64,000 nt of DNA, from NCBI GenBank assembly GCA_002269645.1, contig NIVC01001512.1, positions 211,368-275,367 on the forward strand, written 5' to 3'. This DNA is from Macrostomum lignano (taxonomy: Eukaryota). The notes beneath the pieces were generated by a model. It was not told the origin of the DNA. It saw only the letters and a list, made by a program, of their open reading frames with translations, and searched no databases. A program made the position numbers and the translations under genes. Below, piece by piece: positions 33,938-47,500 of this stretch; position 1 is the stretch's first letter, and every line of letters begins with the position of its first letter.

Positions 33938-35705
33938 TGTAATTGAAGGGGCTAACCGACTGAAGGTAGGGGTAATCTTGAATTTAATTTTTTTGTAATT
34001 TTGTATAGTTTTTGTAGATATGCTAACGACAATTGAATTGCTTATTAGTGTACATATATTTATATTGTTATTGTTGCGATTACCCTTTTGTACGTGTGAA
34101 TGTTTTTGTAAAAAAATACATAACTAACCTGTTTAACTATTTGAATTGATAAAGGCTGCTCAGGTTAGAGGGGGGGCTATGGGTAGGGCTCAATCTTGAC
34201 AAAGCAAAGGATGGATAGCGTAAAAAGTAGTTTTCGTAAAAACGGGAACAAGATGGTTAACAAAATAAGTAGGGCAAAAGCTGTATGGGGCACTAAGCAT
34301 CTATTGCCTTTGGCAATAGGGAGATGAGAGAAAAGTAGAAGTTGTTTGGATCTTAATCCATCATACAAAAACGAGAAATGGCTAGGAGAAGAAAAAATTC
34401 CTGGGGAAATTGTTTATCAGAGATCGTGAAAAGGTCGCTGAACCGGAGGGTGAGTGGCAGGATGGAGCTGGCCTGGACAGTTTGATTAAGGAAAAGATTT
34501 TTTGTGGGAGATAAAGTTGAGTGATGGTTTTAATCAAGAAAAGAGGTCTCTCTGGGAGGTCAAGTAGGCACACAAAGTCTGATTTGGGCAGTTTGTTTAA
34601 GATTAATATTTATTGGAGGGAACTGGAGTTGATTAAACACGCAAGAAATTCCCAGCATCCCGAATGATCCATAGAAGGCAACTGCCAGAATCAGCAATCC
34701 GAAAAAAAACTTGGGTCGATAAGGATTTGATGGATGGGGCTCGTGGGGTTTGCAAACAGTGAGTTTGGAGTGTTTAATCAAGAAAAATAATGAAAGGCTA
34801 GGCAAGCGGTCTACGAAAATCAGAAAAGTTTTCCGGATGAAGCACGCAGGTTCGGCAAACAATTGGTTGGGACTTTAATCAAGGAAAATGATGAATGGTC
34901 AGGCAAGCAGCCTGTCGGATAAGCGAAAAAAATTTTTTTTTTGTTGACAGCAAGAAATTGGTGGCTCCAGAGTTTGATTAATATTTGCTGAAGTGACTTT
35001 GTTTGAATAGCTCGTCAGGTTTTTTGCGTTTTCGTTCTTTCTTTCGGGCGCTTAACGGCGCAGAGAATCTGAGATAAGCCAGTTTTCTAGATGTGGCCAC
35101 ACACTGGGAAAAACCGAGAAGGAAAACGAATGGCTCAGTCGCTTTGGAGAGTTTCAAATATATATGAAGAAATCCAGAGCAGACTTTGCTATTCTGTGGA
35201 AAAGCAGTGAAGGAAGAGGCGTCCAACATTAAATAAACTTGAACAATTGATGATGCCGCGGTCTTTGAAAAATCGAAGCTTTGAAGCTTGAACAATTGAG
35301 GATCCGAATAACTGAATTGAATTTCTGCATTGAAGCTCTGAGGCTTGAGAATAAGAACTCGATATCAGACGTTCGTCGACGTTTCTTGAATTGAATTGAA
35401 GTTGAAATTGAAATTGTTCCGGAACGATAATGTATTGACTTTCATGGATCCTTTGAATTTGAAACAACTTGAATCAGGTCTCAGTGCACTGGACAAAACT
35501 TAGAACCGATTTGAATTCTGAATTTGAATTTGAGAGCTCGTGATTTACGATTCATTCGTCGAATATGTATTATTGACAGTCTCGAATGCTCAAAGGGGAG
35601 GGGGGGAGCCAGTCCAACCGTTCACACCCATCAGCCACGCCTATAGCTGTCTACCCCATGCAGGGCATAGCGGCTATTGTGGTGAAAAGCATCGGAGGAA
35701 AAGTA

Positions 35706-35719
35706 CGGTCAGGGAACCA
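35706..35719 (-). other. Primer-binding site complementary to the tRNA-Glu 3' end (TGGTTCCCTGACCG)
   Basis: The plus strand reads CGGTCAGGGAACCA, the 3' end of animal tRNA-Glu(CTC), one base from the 5' LTR. Confidence 0.85.
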
Positions 35720-35720
35720 G

Positions 35721-36373
35721 TGAAATATTTTAAAATATATTTTCTTGTTCTTCTTCTGGTCTCTCACTTCTATGGCTCTTGTTCTACTTCAAATATCAAT
35801 GTGAGAGCCAAATAACTGAGGCGGCGGATTCAACTGACTTTTCCTGATGATGCAAACACTTGATGTTAACTTACAGACCGTTGTATTTGATGGTCACAAT
35901 CTCGAGATGTTATCTTACAAAATATAATGTCTAAGGTGGAATTCCAAATAAGAAGCTCGTTCGATTTAAGTCACAAGGTGTTTCTAGTTGTTCGGGTGAA
36001 CCGAAGGTTCAGTCTATTGTGAAACGTGGATTGGGTGTTGGTTTGGCTTTAGTAAGTCGACTTATAAGTTTTGGTGTTTGGGTTGAGACCCTAACTGTGT
36101 CAATCAAAATAGTCAAACGAGGTAAGCTAGGAGAATGGCGAAGGAGAGGCAAGGGCGAGGAGAGGCGGAGCGAGCAAAAGGCGAGCTTCTTGCTTGGTTA
36201 ACATGAGCTTTTATAGTACTTTTCAGTCTTGATCGCATTGGATGGTACATAACTGCTTTTCATTGGTTGAGGTTGGGGTCGTGTCCTCAGCTTTTGCTAT
36301 TTGGAGCGCATTCATTGGTTAAAATACATTCAATCTGGATGGGAGCTTTCTAGAGCCAAAATGTATCACTTCA
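35721..36373 (-). repeat. 5' LTR of the large element (653 bp)
   Basis: Matches 19510-20162; minus-strand TATAAAA at 36209-36215. Confidence 0.95.
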
Positions 36374-36541
36374 CCAGCACCAGGGGCGCCAGCACCAGGG
36401 GCTTTAGCACCAGGGGCTTTAGCACCAGGGGCGCCAGCACCAGGGACGCCAGCACCAGGGGCTTTAGCACCAGGGGCTTTAGCACCAGGGGCGCCAGCAC
36501 CAGGGACGCCAGCACCAGGGACGCCAGCACCAGGGGCGCCA
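36374..36541. repeat. 15-bp minisatellite, right half
   Basis: Continuation of the 19077-19509 array. Confidence 0.95.
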
Positions 36542-38545
36542 ACATCAGTAGCGCCAGATTGCTTCCCTTGATTTGAATTTGACTATAGAAAAAATCAGGC
36601 CAAACAATTGGAATAGTGATGCAATTTTCACACTTGCGCGAGTCAGAGCGTTCAAAATCAGTGATGCAAATTGGAATCAAGAAATTTTTATATCCATGAA
36701 GCTGGCCACGCCTTCACCACTGCTCTGCCCATCAGCATCAGATCATTAGCTTTGCTGGGTGCGGATGAGAATTTGAAGAGCGATTCCAGAAGCGACCAAG
36801 CCCGAGCACCGGTGTGCCAGGAATGAAATTTTCTTGTCCGCCCCCGGCCTTCATCAGTAGCCGCGGTTCGTCTGCAAGAGTTGGGGGAAAGGAGGAGAGC
36901 CTGACAGTCTCTGGAGGGACTTCTTTTGACATGATCAAAACACAGAGCAGAGCGCTATCAGATGAGTTTGGGAGATGGGTCTTTGATAGAAGCTACTTTG
37001 CTGGCCGACAGGACTGCCTAAACAAGTCGAAAGGCAGTCGGCTGCCTCCCAGTCTGACAAAGCTTAATGTCCATATATAGCACAGATACTAGAGTAACTA
37101 GATGGGCCACCCAGCACATTTGCATGTAAGCTACTTTCAGTTCAGTAGTATGTTAAACAGAAGCATTTTAATGTACTTTTAAAGCCAAGGCTCATTTATT
37201 AGCTCTTACCAGCCAGCTTAAACTCTTCAACCGCGCATTTCCACACTACACCCCCCCGCCCCGCCCAATTTTTATTGCCTTTCTCGGAATTAAGCCTAAA
37301 GCGGCCATGTACATTTCAGTGGACTGGCTAATGTACATTATGGCTGAACCAATTAGCAAGCTGTTTACGTCTGCAAGCTTGGGCTTCTAAACTTATCAAA
37401 GTTATCTCAGCTGCCTTTATTTTTATAAAATAGCTTATGTATGCTTCTTTGCTACTGAACTGAAAGTAGAAAGCTGTTTACTAAGTGTAAATGCCTGAAT
37501 GGCCCATTTAGTTATTCTAGTATTAGTGATATAATAGCAAGAAAATAGAACCCAGCCTTAAGAAGTAAACTATTTTTACGATACAAATCCATTCAACTCG
37601 AGAGCAAAAGGCCACCTCTATTCCCCTTAGTTTCTATTCGGACTGATGCCATCAAAAGCCAAATAAAGGCATCATTTTTTTTGCGTGACCGATCGAATTT
37701 CGAACTCGTTCCTTTCAGGTTCATTAAAATTGATGCTCTAACAACTGCCTCTATTCCTATTGGGATCCTTCAAAGCAAAATAGCCTCAAGACAAAAGACA
37801 GGTTTGGCGAGAGCTGATGCCGAGAGAAAGGGAGAGAGGTGCACTGCATTGCCCAGACTCCCTAGCCACCGCGCCCCAACGGACTTCTTCGCGATCCGCC
37901 CACGCGGCCCTCTCAACGGCCTGAGTGCTCAGGGATAGCTGGCAAAAATACTGAAATGAGGAAGGAAGACAGAAGAGAGGAACGGGGGCAGGGGGCGAAT
38001 GCGACTGCGGACCGAATGAAGCCGGGCGATGGAAATCGAAGAGGAAAGAGAAAGCCCGGCCCCTCAGCTACCCCACCACCCCTGCAGAGAGAGTAGATGT
38101 AGACGGCAGAGGGGATCTCAAGACTGGGGGAGCAGAAATTCTGCGACAAATCGCGACGGGACACGGAGTCCCGGAGGGTGGGAAAAGGGAGGGGAGAGAA
38201 AAATGAAGACTGATTGGGATCTGAGACTGGCTATCCCTATCTAGCCATCCTGCCGCACCAGGCATCCTTCCATTTTTCTCAACACTCGCTTCATCTCCCA
38301 GCCACCCCCCCCCCGGGCACCCGGCAACCCCAGCCGCCTCCCCCAGCCTTGGTAGGCCACTCACTGGTCGAGCCGGGCCATAGCCAGTCCCAGCTGCTCA
38401 GATGGCGCCTGGCTTTGCCGATACAATCCCAGATTGCATTATTCCCAGGTTAAAAATAGTCCTGTCCTGCCACAAATCATTCCTTTCTCTTGACTACTTG
38501 GCTACTGATCTGATAATTTGGACTCTCGTTCGACTGTCTGAAGTC

Positions 38546-41500
38546 ATGCAGGCCTGGGCTGTTGTTGTCGTGATTGCGCTGAGCCTTGCCGCAGTCCTGC
38601 TGGCCGCCTACCTGGCCATGCGGCTGCTGTGCCCGCAGCGGCTGGCCGAGCTGTGCGCCATCGGCGAAGAGAAACTGTCGCTGACAAAGCTGATGGACAG
38701 CAGGACTAATTACTATGCCCCGGTGAGCAAAGCAAAAAACTGTACTTTTACTAAAGCATGTCTTCTTCTTTTACCGTCTTTCTTCTTCAAGCTTGTTTAA
38801 GACATTTGAGACAACTGAACGCAAATTCAGCACCCATAGCAACTATCGCTTCTTTCAAAGAGTAACCTGATATTTAAAGAGCATTACTCTGGGTGCATGC
38901 GCTGCTCATACTCGGGACCGGTGCATGGAAGTTAATTAATTATGCCAGCTGTCTGCTTTAATATTGGCTGGACTCTCTTCCAGTAGGAAGCTCGGTTGGC
39001 CACTTCTCAACTCAATGCAGTTGAGCATAGGATACGAAGAATCGGATCTGACAGGCACACACTCACTCACTCACACACACGGGGACGCACAGAGCAAGTT
39101 GCACTTTTTACCGTCACGCCAGTTCATTCTTTCAAGCATCAGCACGGGCTCGCTGAAAATAGCCGCCCTTTGGCTTGCATGCAACGCTTCGGAACTCAAC
39201 TGCCACTCCCCGCCCACGCCAATTTTGTAAAAAAAGAGAAACCTTTTCATCTTCGTTATTAAGCAGATCGGGTCCTATATTTAGCCTTCGGCACCTGACT
39301 TCCCATCCGAATATTTTCCTGCATCGAACAGTTCACCTTCCTTTGAGCATTAACGCGCCCTGACAGGTGCAAAAGCAGCTCGTCAGTCTTCAAAAAATTC
39401 CGGTTTTTTCTATTCCTTCTCCTCGGCTCACCTTCTTCCATCCTCAGCTTTGTCTGACTCAACCTGACTACTCAAACTTAATTAATCCTTGACGCACGGC
39501 ACTCCCCTTCCAATTTCTCATTTTCCGTTAGGGAGGATAAGCTCCGGTGTCTCAAGTCCAGGCGTCTCTAGAGACTCAGTCCTAGCAGTCCGTCGTGGCC
39601 CTCGGGCTCCAGCCCTAGCCCTAGGCGTGAAGGCCGAAAATCAGGGCTGGAGCAGATGTAGGCGACGCGAACAGGGAAGATATGGAAGTCTCTTTTAATC
39701 AGGAAATGGTCTCTTTCCGGCAGTTTTTTATTTTCTCTCTCCGCTCCATATTCTCGCGAGCCAGCACACCAGCTGGCCATCGGAGAAGCCGTTTCTAAGA
39801 ATCTAGACCCAGATAGTCAAGATAGGGATTCCCGAATCGAAGCCACATCACCACACTGAGTCTTGCGCGGCGTCTGGGATGATTTTTCCTATGTTTCCCT
39901 CGGATGGTGGGGAAAAAAGCAGACAGGCATAGATACATTTTTTGGTCTTCCAAACATTGCTTTTAGTGGCCCCCCGGCTGTCCCCAGGGTATAGATGGAG
40001 AGCTGTATAGATCAGGATAGAGCAATGGACATCCTGCCCCAGTCCTCACATCTCCCCAGCACTATCTTATGCTGTCTGTTTTCCACTCAGGACTTGACCG
40101 CGCCATCTGTCTCTGTAGTTTTGTTCGAAATCAAAGGTAATTGTGTATTGAGGGTTCCTGTTGACTATTTCAAAAGTTTTCTCCGTGCTATTTCTATATC
40201 TTGTATAGTTTATATACTGATTGCCAGGTATGAATAGGGTGTGCACGGAGGGGGAGATTCTGTCTCCGGCGCTTGTTTGCCCTCAGCAAACACTCTACGA
40301 GCCATATGAGGCCGTGCATGGTTGCTGGGATTATTCCCCCCCCCCAGCCCACTTGACTGAGACTCAGCTCTCCGCCCCCAGGTCAATCTGGAAGTGCTCC
40401 ACTTAGGAATTGGTTTCTGTGCACTTCAATCCACTCTACTCTGGGTGTATAGCTAGATGCAATATATTTAATAGCTTTATTATCACTGCATTTAGTAGAA
40501 GCTAAGTGTAATTTTGATAAGGCTTCCAGTGCGATTATCACGATTTTGTTTCATCAAAAATTGCAGCAACACCCGGAGGCAGGCCAGGTGAACCGAGCCA
40601 GCTGCGAGTACAAGGACGAGCCTGGCGACAGCGGAGGCGATTCGGCCGCCAGGCACGGCCGGGCCAGTCCCGGTGACACCACCGGTGAGAGGCTCGAGTG
40701 TGGAGCTGTTTGTCTCTGGTTGGCTGGGTGGTGCTTATGACATGTAGCATCTGCTCGCTAAGGATTAGAAAAAGTGGGTAAGGGAATAGAAAAACTAGGC
40801 AGTGTACACTGAGGGATAGAAAAACTAGGCAGTGTACACTGAGGGATAGAAAAACTAGGCAGTGTACACTGAGGAATAAGAAAAACTGGGCAGTGTACTG
40901 TACATTGTGGGGTAGGAAAACTGGGCAGTGTACTGTACATTGTGGGGTAAGGACAACTGGACAGTGTTACACTGATGGATAGGACACCTGGACAGTATTA
41001 CATTGAGGGATAGGAAAACTGAGCAGTGTACAATGAGGGATAGGAAAACTGAGCAGTGTACAATGAGGGATAGGAAAACTGAGCAGTGTACAATGAGGGA
41101 TAGGAAAAATGAGCAGTGTACAATGAGGGATAGGAAAACTGAGCAGTGTACAATGAGGGATAGGAAAAATGAGCAGTGTACAATGAGGGATAGGAAAACT
41201 GAGCAGTGTACAATGAGGGATAGGAAAACTGAGCAGTGTACAATGAGGGATAGGAAAACTGAGCAGTGTACAATGAGGGATAGGAAAACTGAGCAGTGTA
41301 CAATGAGGGATAGGAAAACTGAGCAGTGTACAATGAGGGATAAGAAAACTGAGCAGTGTACAGTGAGGGATAGGAAAACTGAGAGGTGTACAATGAGGGA
41401 TAGGAAAACTGAGCAGTGTACAGTGAGGGATAGGAAAACTGAGAGGTGTACAATGAGGGATAGGAAAACTGAGCAGTGTACAATGAGGGATAGGAAAACT

Positions 41501-44500
41501 GAGCAGTGTACAATGAGGGATAGGAAAACTGAGCAGTGTACAATGAGGGATAGGAAAACTGAGCAGTGTACAGTGAGGGATAGGAAAACTGAGAGGTGTA
41601 CAATGAGGGATAGGAAAACTGAGCAGTGTACAATGAGGGATAGGAAAACTGAGCAGTGTACAGTGAGGGATAGGAAAACTGAGAGGTGTACAGTGAGGGA
41701 TAGGAAAACTGAGAGGTGTACAATGAGGGATAGGAAAACTAAACAGCGTGTACAGAATGTTGCAGGGCTGTTGAGTCGTCATCAAACAAAACTAAGCCGC
41801 CACCTGAGCAGGTTCCGAGTACGAGCCCGGACACAACCTGGTTCGGGCCGGGTCCGCCGAGTCGCTGGCCTCGGACACGTCCGTCATGGACCTGCAGCCG
41901 GACGTATCGCCTGTTGGCCAGGTCGAAGTCGGTCTGGAATACGACCGCGACGCCTCCGAGCTCGTGGTGTCGCTAATCCAGGCCAGGGACCTGCCCGGCG
42001 GCGTCGGCGGCGGCGAGTCAGAGCCACCGGATCTCTGCGCCGTCCTGTCGCTCCTGCCGGACGCCGCCGCCGGCAGCGGAGCGCAGACCAAGCTGGTTCG
42101 GCGCGGCCAGAACCCGGTGGTGTTCAAGGAGCGCTTCTTGTACAGCCTGGAGCCGCATCAGCTGGCGCAGAAGACTGTCCGAGTCCGCCTGCTGGCCGGC
42201 CAGAAGCAGCTGGGCGAGACGGAGGTTCGACTGGCCGACGTGGACCTGCAGCGACCGCTGCGGCTGTGGCTGAACCTGCGCGAGCCCGACCAGGTGAGGC
42301 TCTTGAGTAGACGGACGGTAACTTATTATGAATACTATAACCGAGCACGCGCGCGCTCACACGGGGTGTACAGTGTCCCTGACTTCCAAATTGTCAGGCT
42401 TGGCCATTGTAGACTTTTTACCTTGAGGTTTGGCGCTCACAAACTATTGTGGCCGGCCGCACGCGGAATCGAACCCGTGTCGCTGACCCCGGTTCGTTTC
42501 TTAGAAACTGTCGTGCCGTGAATTTGGCATACAAAAAAAACTCAAGGTTTATTTTAACTAGCAAGTAGCTTATTAAATAATGACACGAGCAGGGACTGAG
42601 AGAACACCGAAATAAAGTCACGTGATGATAAATAACTACGTACAAGTACATGGCGGCTTAGGGGATGGCCAGTCAGAGCGAAGGGAGAGGAAAGAATGGT
42701 GTGCACGTACGATGCACGAACATAGCATACGTTAGTTAGTTAGTTAGCCAGTGCCTAGAGCTCAGCGCTCTGGCACCACAGAAACTTTTTACGCTGGCTA
42801 TTTACGTTTCTTAGAAACATTTTACGCTGGCTATTTGCGTTTCTTAGAAACGAAGAGATAAGCTGCTTCATCATTCCCAGGATTCAACAACCAACTCGCT
42901 CAAACAAATTAAACCATTGCAGAAGCCGTCCGACCACGGCGAGCTGATGTTTTCGCTCAGCTACCTGCCCACCGCCGAGAGACTGACTGTGGTCATCGTC
43001 AAGGCCAAAAACCTCAAGTGGCCCAAGCCCGACCAAACTGTTGGAGGTGAGGCTACCGGCCAGTTGCTCTGCCGTAGGCTAAAAACAATCAATCTGTTCA
43101 CAACTGAGAGCTAGAGAGCTTTTTCTGTCTAGGATTTTATTTATTTGTTACTATTAATCCCTTCATCCGATTATCTCACAGTCTTAGAATCCTATCCTCG
43201 TTCAAAATCAATCTACAAGGTTACTTTCATTAGAGAACATTCTCATCATTAAATTTTTTGCAGAAAAAATCTGCTTTTTTTCGACAGACATCCTGCGGAA
43301 TGGTGAATGAGAGTCTACGAATCCCACCCTCTGAATCCCACCCTCTGAATCCCACCCTCTGAATCCCACCCTCTGAATCCCACCCTCTGAATCCCACCCT
43401 CTGAATCCCACCCTCTGAATCCCACCCTCTGAATCCCACCCTATGAATCCCACCCTCTGAATCCCACCCTCTGAATCCCACCCTCTGAATCCCACCCTCT
43501 GAATCCCACCCTCTGAATCCCACCCTCTGAATCCCACCCTCTGAATCCCACCCTCTGAATCCCACCCTCTGAATCCCACCCTCTGAATCCCACCCTATGA
43601 ATCCCACCCTATGAATCCCACCCTATGAATCCCACCCTCTGAATCCCACCCTATGAATCCCACCCTCTGAATCCCACCCTCTGAATCCCACCCTCTGAAT
43701 CCCACCCTCTGAATCCCACCCTATGAATCCCACCCTATGAATCCCACCCTATGAATCCCACCCTATGAATCCCACCCTCTGAATCCCACCCTATGAATCC
43801 CACCCTATGAATCCCACCCTCTGAATCCCACCCTCTGAATCCCACCCTCTGAATCCCACCCTATGAATCCCACCCTCTGAATCCCACCTGTAGAAAAGTT
43901 AATGCCGCGATATGGTGCTAGGCAGGCATGAAGAAACAACTCAAGGGCCGCTTGCACTTAGCAGGGCCGGCTTATATTTGGCTATGACTAATTGCGTAAT
44001 ACGAGCTAAATCAATTATTGAAGTGAGTGGTTGGCTGTACGTACTTGTACGGGGCAGTGATAGCGCTGGACCAAGTGAGCGAGGGAGAGAGAGAGGGAGG
44101 CAGATGTACACTGCCCCACATTTCTCCCCAAACGGAAAAGAAACGCAGTTTCTGCTTGAACGACAAAAGTGAAATTCGAAAAATTGCAATGCCGAAGTAA
44201 GTACGAGCGAAAAAAAGCTGTGGATAGTAAAAATGCAGCAAACACAGTATTACAAAATGCGCGAATATTAGTCTTGGGACGCGTTGAGACAAAAAAAGAT
44301 ATTCGTAATGGGGACATTAAAACAAAAATATTGAACTGACTACGAATTCGCAAAAAAAACGATTGGCAGCGGCGACAGTTAATGATATTAGACAGTCAGT
44401 TCCTTTTAAATCACAGTTTGTAGTTAATCACTGCGTCTCGCGCTCTTCTCGGGTGTCTGCGCATTGCGATTGACTCGCCGTCGTCTGCTTCAGCGGGACC

Positions 44501-47500
44501 CGCGCTGGCTGGCGGCTGGCCGGCCGCTGCTTCAGGCGGATGCAGCGGCTGTGAAACCGGCCGGATGTGCACCAGGTGACGCATGCACGACTGTCCTTGC
44601 CGTTGCAGAGTGAATGTGTCGCCTTTGACGGACTCGACCACCCAGGGTTCCAGTTCGAACGGGGTGTGCAGCTTGGACTTGTTCTGCCGTCGAAGGACTC
44701 GGTCACCCGGCCGGATGCTGTGCTGTCGAACCCGCTTGGTCTTGTCGAAGCCGGCCTTCATGTTGTCGTTGTAGCGGTTGTGCCGGTTCTTGATGTCACT
44801 GGTAGACCAGCTGGCTCGCCGTGATGGTCTGACCGATGGAATGACGTCGTTAACTCTGCGACCCATCAGAAGTTCAGCCGGCGCTTTGCCTGTGGCTCTG
44901 TGCGGCGTCACCCGGAATGCGAGGAGCCACTCATCCAGCGCCTCTTTCCAGCAGCGACCTTCAGCGATAGCGGCTCTGACAACTTTGTTCACTGAGCGAT
45001 TGACGCGTTCGGTGGCACCGTTGGCTTCAGGATGCAGCGGGCAGATGAGGCGGTGTTTGACGCCGTACGAGGTCAGGAAAGTGCGGAACTCGTGCGAGCT
45101 GAAAGGCGGCCCGTTGTCTGTGATCAGCTCCAGCGGGACCCCGTGGCGGGCGAAGAGCTGTCGTATGTGAGGAATAACTGTTGCTGCTGATGTTGAGCTG
45201 ACGTAGTTAATTTCAGGATATTTAGAAAACAGGTCCGTCGTGACGAGAAGCATCTGTCCTTGGATGGGCCCATAGAAGTCCATTCCTAGCAGGAGCCAGG
45301 CCCCATCCGGGATCTTTGTAGGCCTCAGCGGCGCATGGTAGGTAGCGTGGGATGTGGCCTGACATGGCAGACAAGCTTTAACGAATGCCTCGCAGTCGGC
45401 TCGAACCCCTGGCCACCACACCTTGGTCTGCAGCCGCTGGAGTGTCCGCTCGGCGCTGAGGTGTCCAGTGTGTGCCAGTGCTAAGACCTGCCGCCGCAGC
45501 GATGAAGGCACGACGATCAAGTCACCGCGGAGTAGAACTCCGTCGCTTTCTGATAGCTCGTGCTCGATTCCTTTGAAGGTTCGCTGTGTACTGCTGTGCT
45601 GGTTCCAATGCTGCGTCTTGATGCCGGTGATGGCGGCCTGGATGTCCATGTCGCTTCCGGTAGCTTTTTTGAAGTCTTCTAGAGATAGACCGCGGGGGAC
45701 AGCACTTTTGACAACTGCGTTGATGTAGGCGGCGTCCAGAGTTTCACCGATAGCACGAGACAGATCTGTTGGCATCGGCTGTCGGCTTAGAAGGTCCGAC
45801 GGGTTCGATGCGCCGGGCCGGTATTCGAGCTTGAACTGAAGATGTTGGATGCGGAGCGCCATTCGCTCAATTCTCGGCGGCGGCCGTGAACCCGGCTTAA
45901 AAAGCGGGATCAGAGGCTTGTGATCTGTGACGATGGTAAAATTCGAATTGCCAGCCAAGTAGAAGTCGAACTTAAGGCAGCCGAATTTTACGGCCAAAGC
46001 CTCGCGCTCTATTTGTGAGTAGCGCTGCTCAACTGGAGTCAGAGTTCGACTGGCGTAGGCGACGGGCCTGACGGTGCCATTCGGTTGCTTCTGGCTGAGA
46101 ATTGCGCCCAGTCCGATTGGTGAAGCATCGACGACAAGTTCTGTGGACCGATTGCAATCAAAGAAGGCCAGCGTTTCTGGCTTGCTGATAGCGCTTTTCA
46201 ACGCGTTGAAGGCCTCTGCATGCTGAGTCGTCCATTCCCAGCGCTTGCACTTCTTGGTTAGCTCGCGCAGTGGGGCTGTCAGGTCGGCGAAGCTCGGGAT
46301 GAACTTCGACAAATAATTCGCCAGTCCCAGGAAGGACCGAGTCTCTGATGCGTTGGTTGGTGGTCGAAAATCCTGGACTGCTTGGATTTTCTCAACTGGC
46401 GCCGAAATGCCCTTGGCCGATAATGTAACGCCGAGGAAGCTGATGGAACTTTTGGCGAACTTGCATTTTTCCGGGTTGACCGTGAGTCCACTATCTGAGA
46501 GCCTAGTGAGGCAGTCATCAAGGCGCTGATTGTGCTGCTGCATACTGTCCGCATATATGATGACGTCATCATGGATCCACCGGACTCCGGGGAGGCCGCT
46601 GAGCACTCCTGACATGATCCGCTGCAAGATTTCAGAGGCACTTGTAAACCCCATGCTCAGTCGCTTTAGCCGCATCAATCCGATGGGGGTGCTGAATGTG
46701 AACAAGTGTCGGCTTTCTTCATCCACCGGTATTTGGTAGAATGCTTTGCAGATGTCCAGCTCGCTGAATAGGGTTGCTCCGGCCATCTCTTCTGTGACCT
46801 CGTCCAAGGTGGGTATGGCTTGCTTTTCCGGGATCACAAATTTGTTGAGGTCTCGAAGGTCTTGGCATATTCTGACGCCTCCAGACGACTTCGGTACAAC
46901 GACCATGCGAGACACCCACGGTGTGGGACCGGTTACCGGCTCGATGACGTCCAAGTCCAGTAAGCCCTGCAGCTCTTTTTCCACTGCTGTCTTTAGGTGG
47001 ACCGGAACTCGGGCTGGTGGATGGCAGACCGGGATGGCATCTTCTTGGAGTCGCACTGATACCTCGACGCCTTTGACGCAGCCGAGCCCTGTGAAGACAT
47101 TCTTGTGCTTCTGCAAGACTGTCCTCAGTTGTGGATCATTCGGAAGGTTTGCTTCGACAGCGCTGACGTCGGCGAGCTGCTTCGGCCGGCGAATTTCGAG
47201 CAAACCGAGTTCAAAGGCGGCCTGGCGCCCGAGTAATGTGGCACCCCGCCCTTCCATCACGTAGAACGGCGTCTTGCAGCAGTTCTTGCCCACGGTGATT
47301 ACAAGATGCGACATTCCTTTGATGTTGAGCGGGGCAGATGCGCCGTACGCCTTGATGACGCGGTTGGTATGGAGAAGTTGCACTCCGTGGAGCTTCTTGA
47401 ATGTCTCATCGCTCATGATGTTGCAACTGGCCCCGCTGTCTACCATCATATCTAGAGGCTCACCTCCAACCAGGACTCGCACTGTCACATCTTCTGGGTA

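Larger units (their letters stand above)
19510..36373 (-). mobile_element. 16,864-bp Ty3/Gypsy (Metaviridae-like) LTR retroelement with gag-env-pro-RT-RH-IN order and accessory ORFs
   Basis: Two 653-bp LTRs (TGAA...TTCA) that are identical by eye, 4-bp TSD CCAG (19506-19509 and 36374-36377), tRNA-Glu PBS, PPT, and PR-RT-RH-IN domain order. Confidence 0.95.

Noticed and set aside
36690-36715. HEAGHA (HExxH metalloprotease-like) peptide
   Set aside because: Short frame bounded by stops with no supporting domain; likely chance
40967-42310. 435-aa [13 protein letters not shown] and the YPSLYT ORFs
   Set aside because: 30-bp intronic repeat; the real coding frame is the Syt12 C2A exon 41812-42293
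42440-42500. B-box-like GGTTCGATTCC on the minus strand (tRNA gene?)
   Set aside because: No A-box or cloverleaf; at most a SINE remnant
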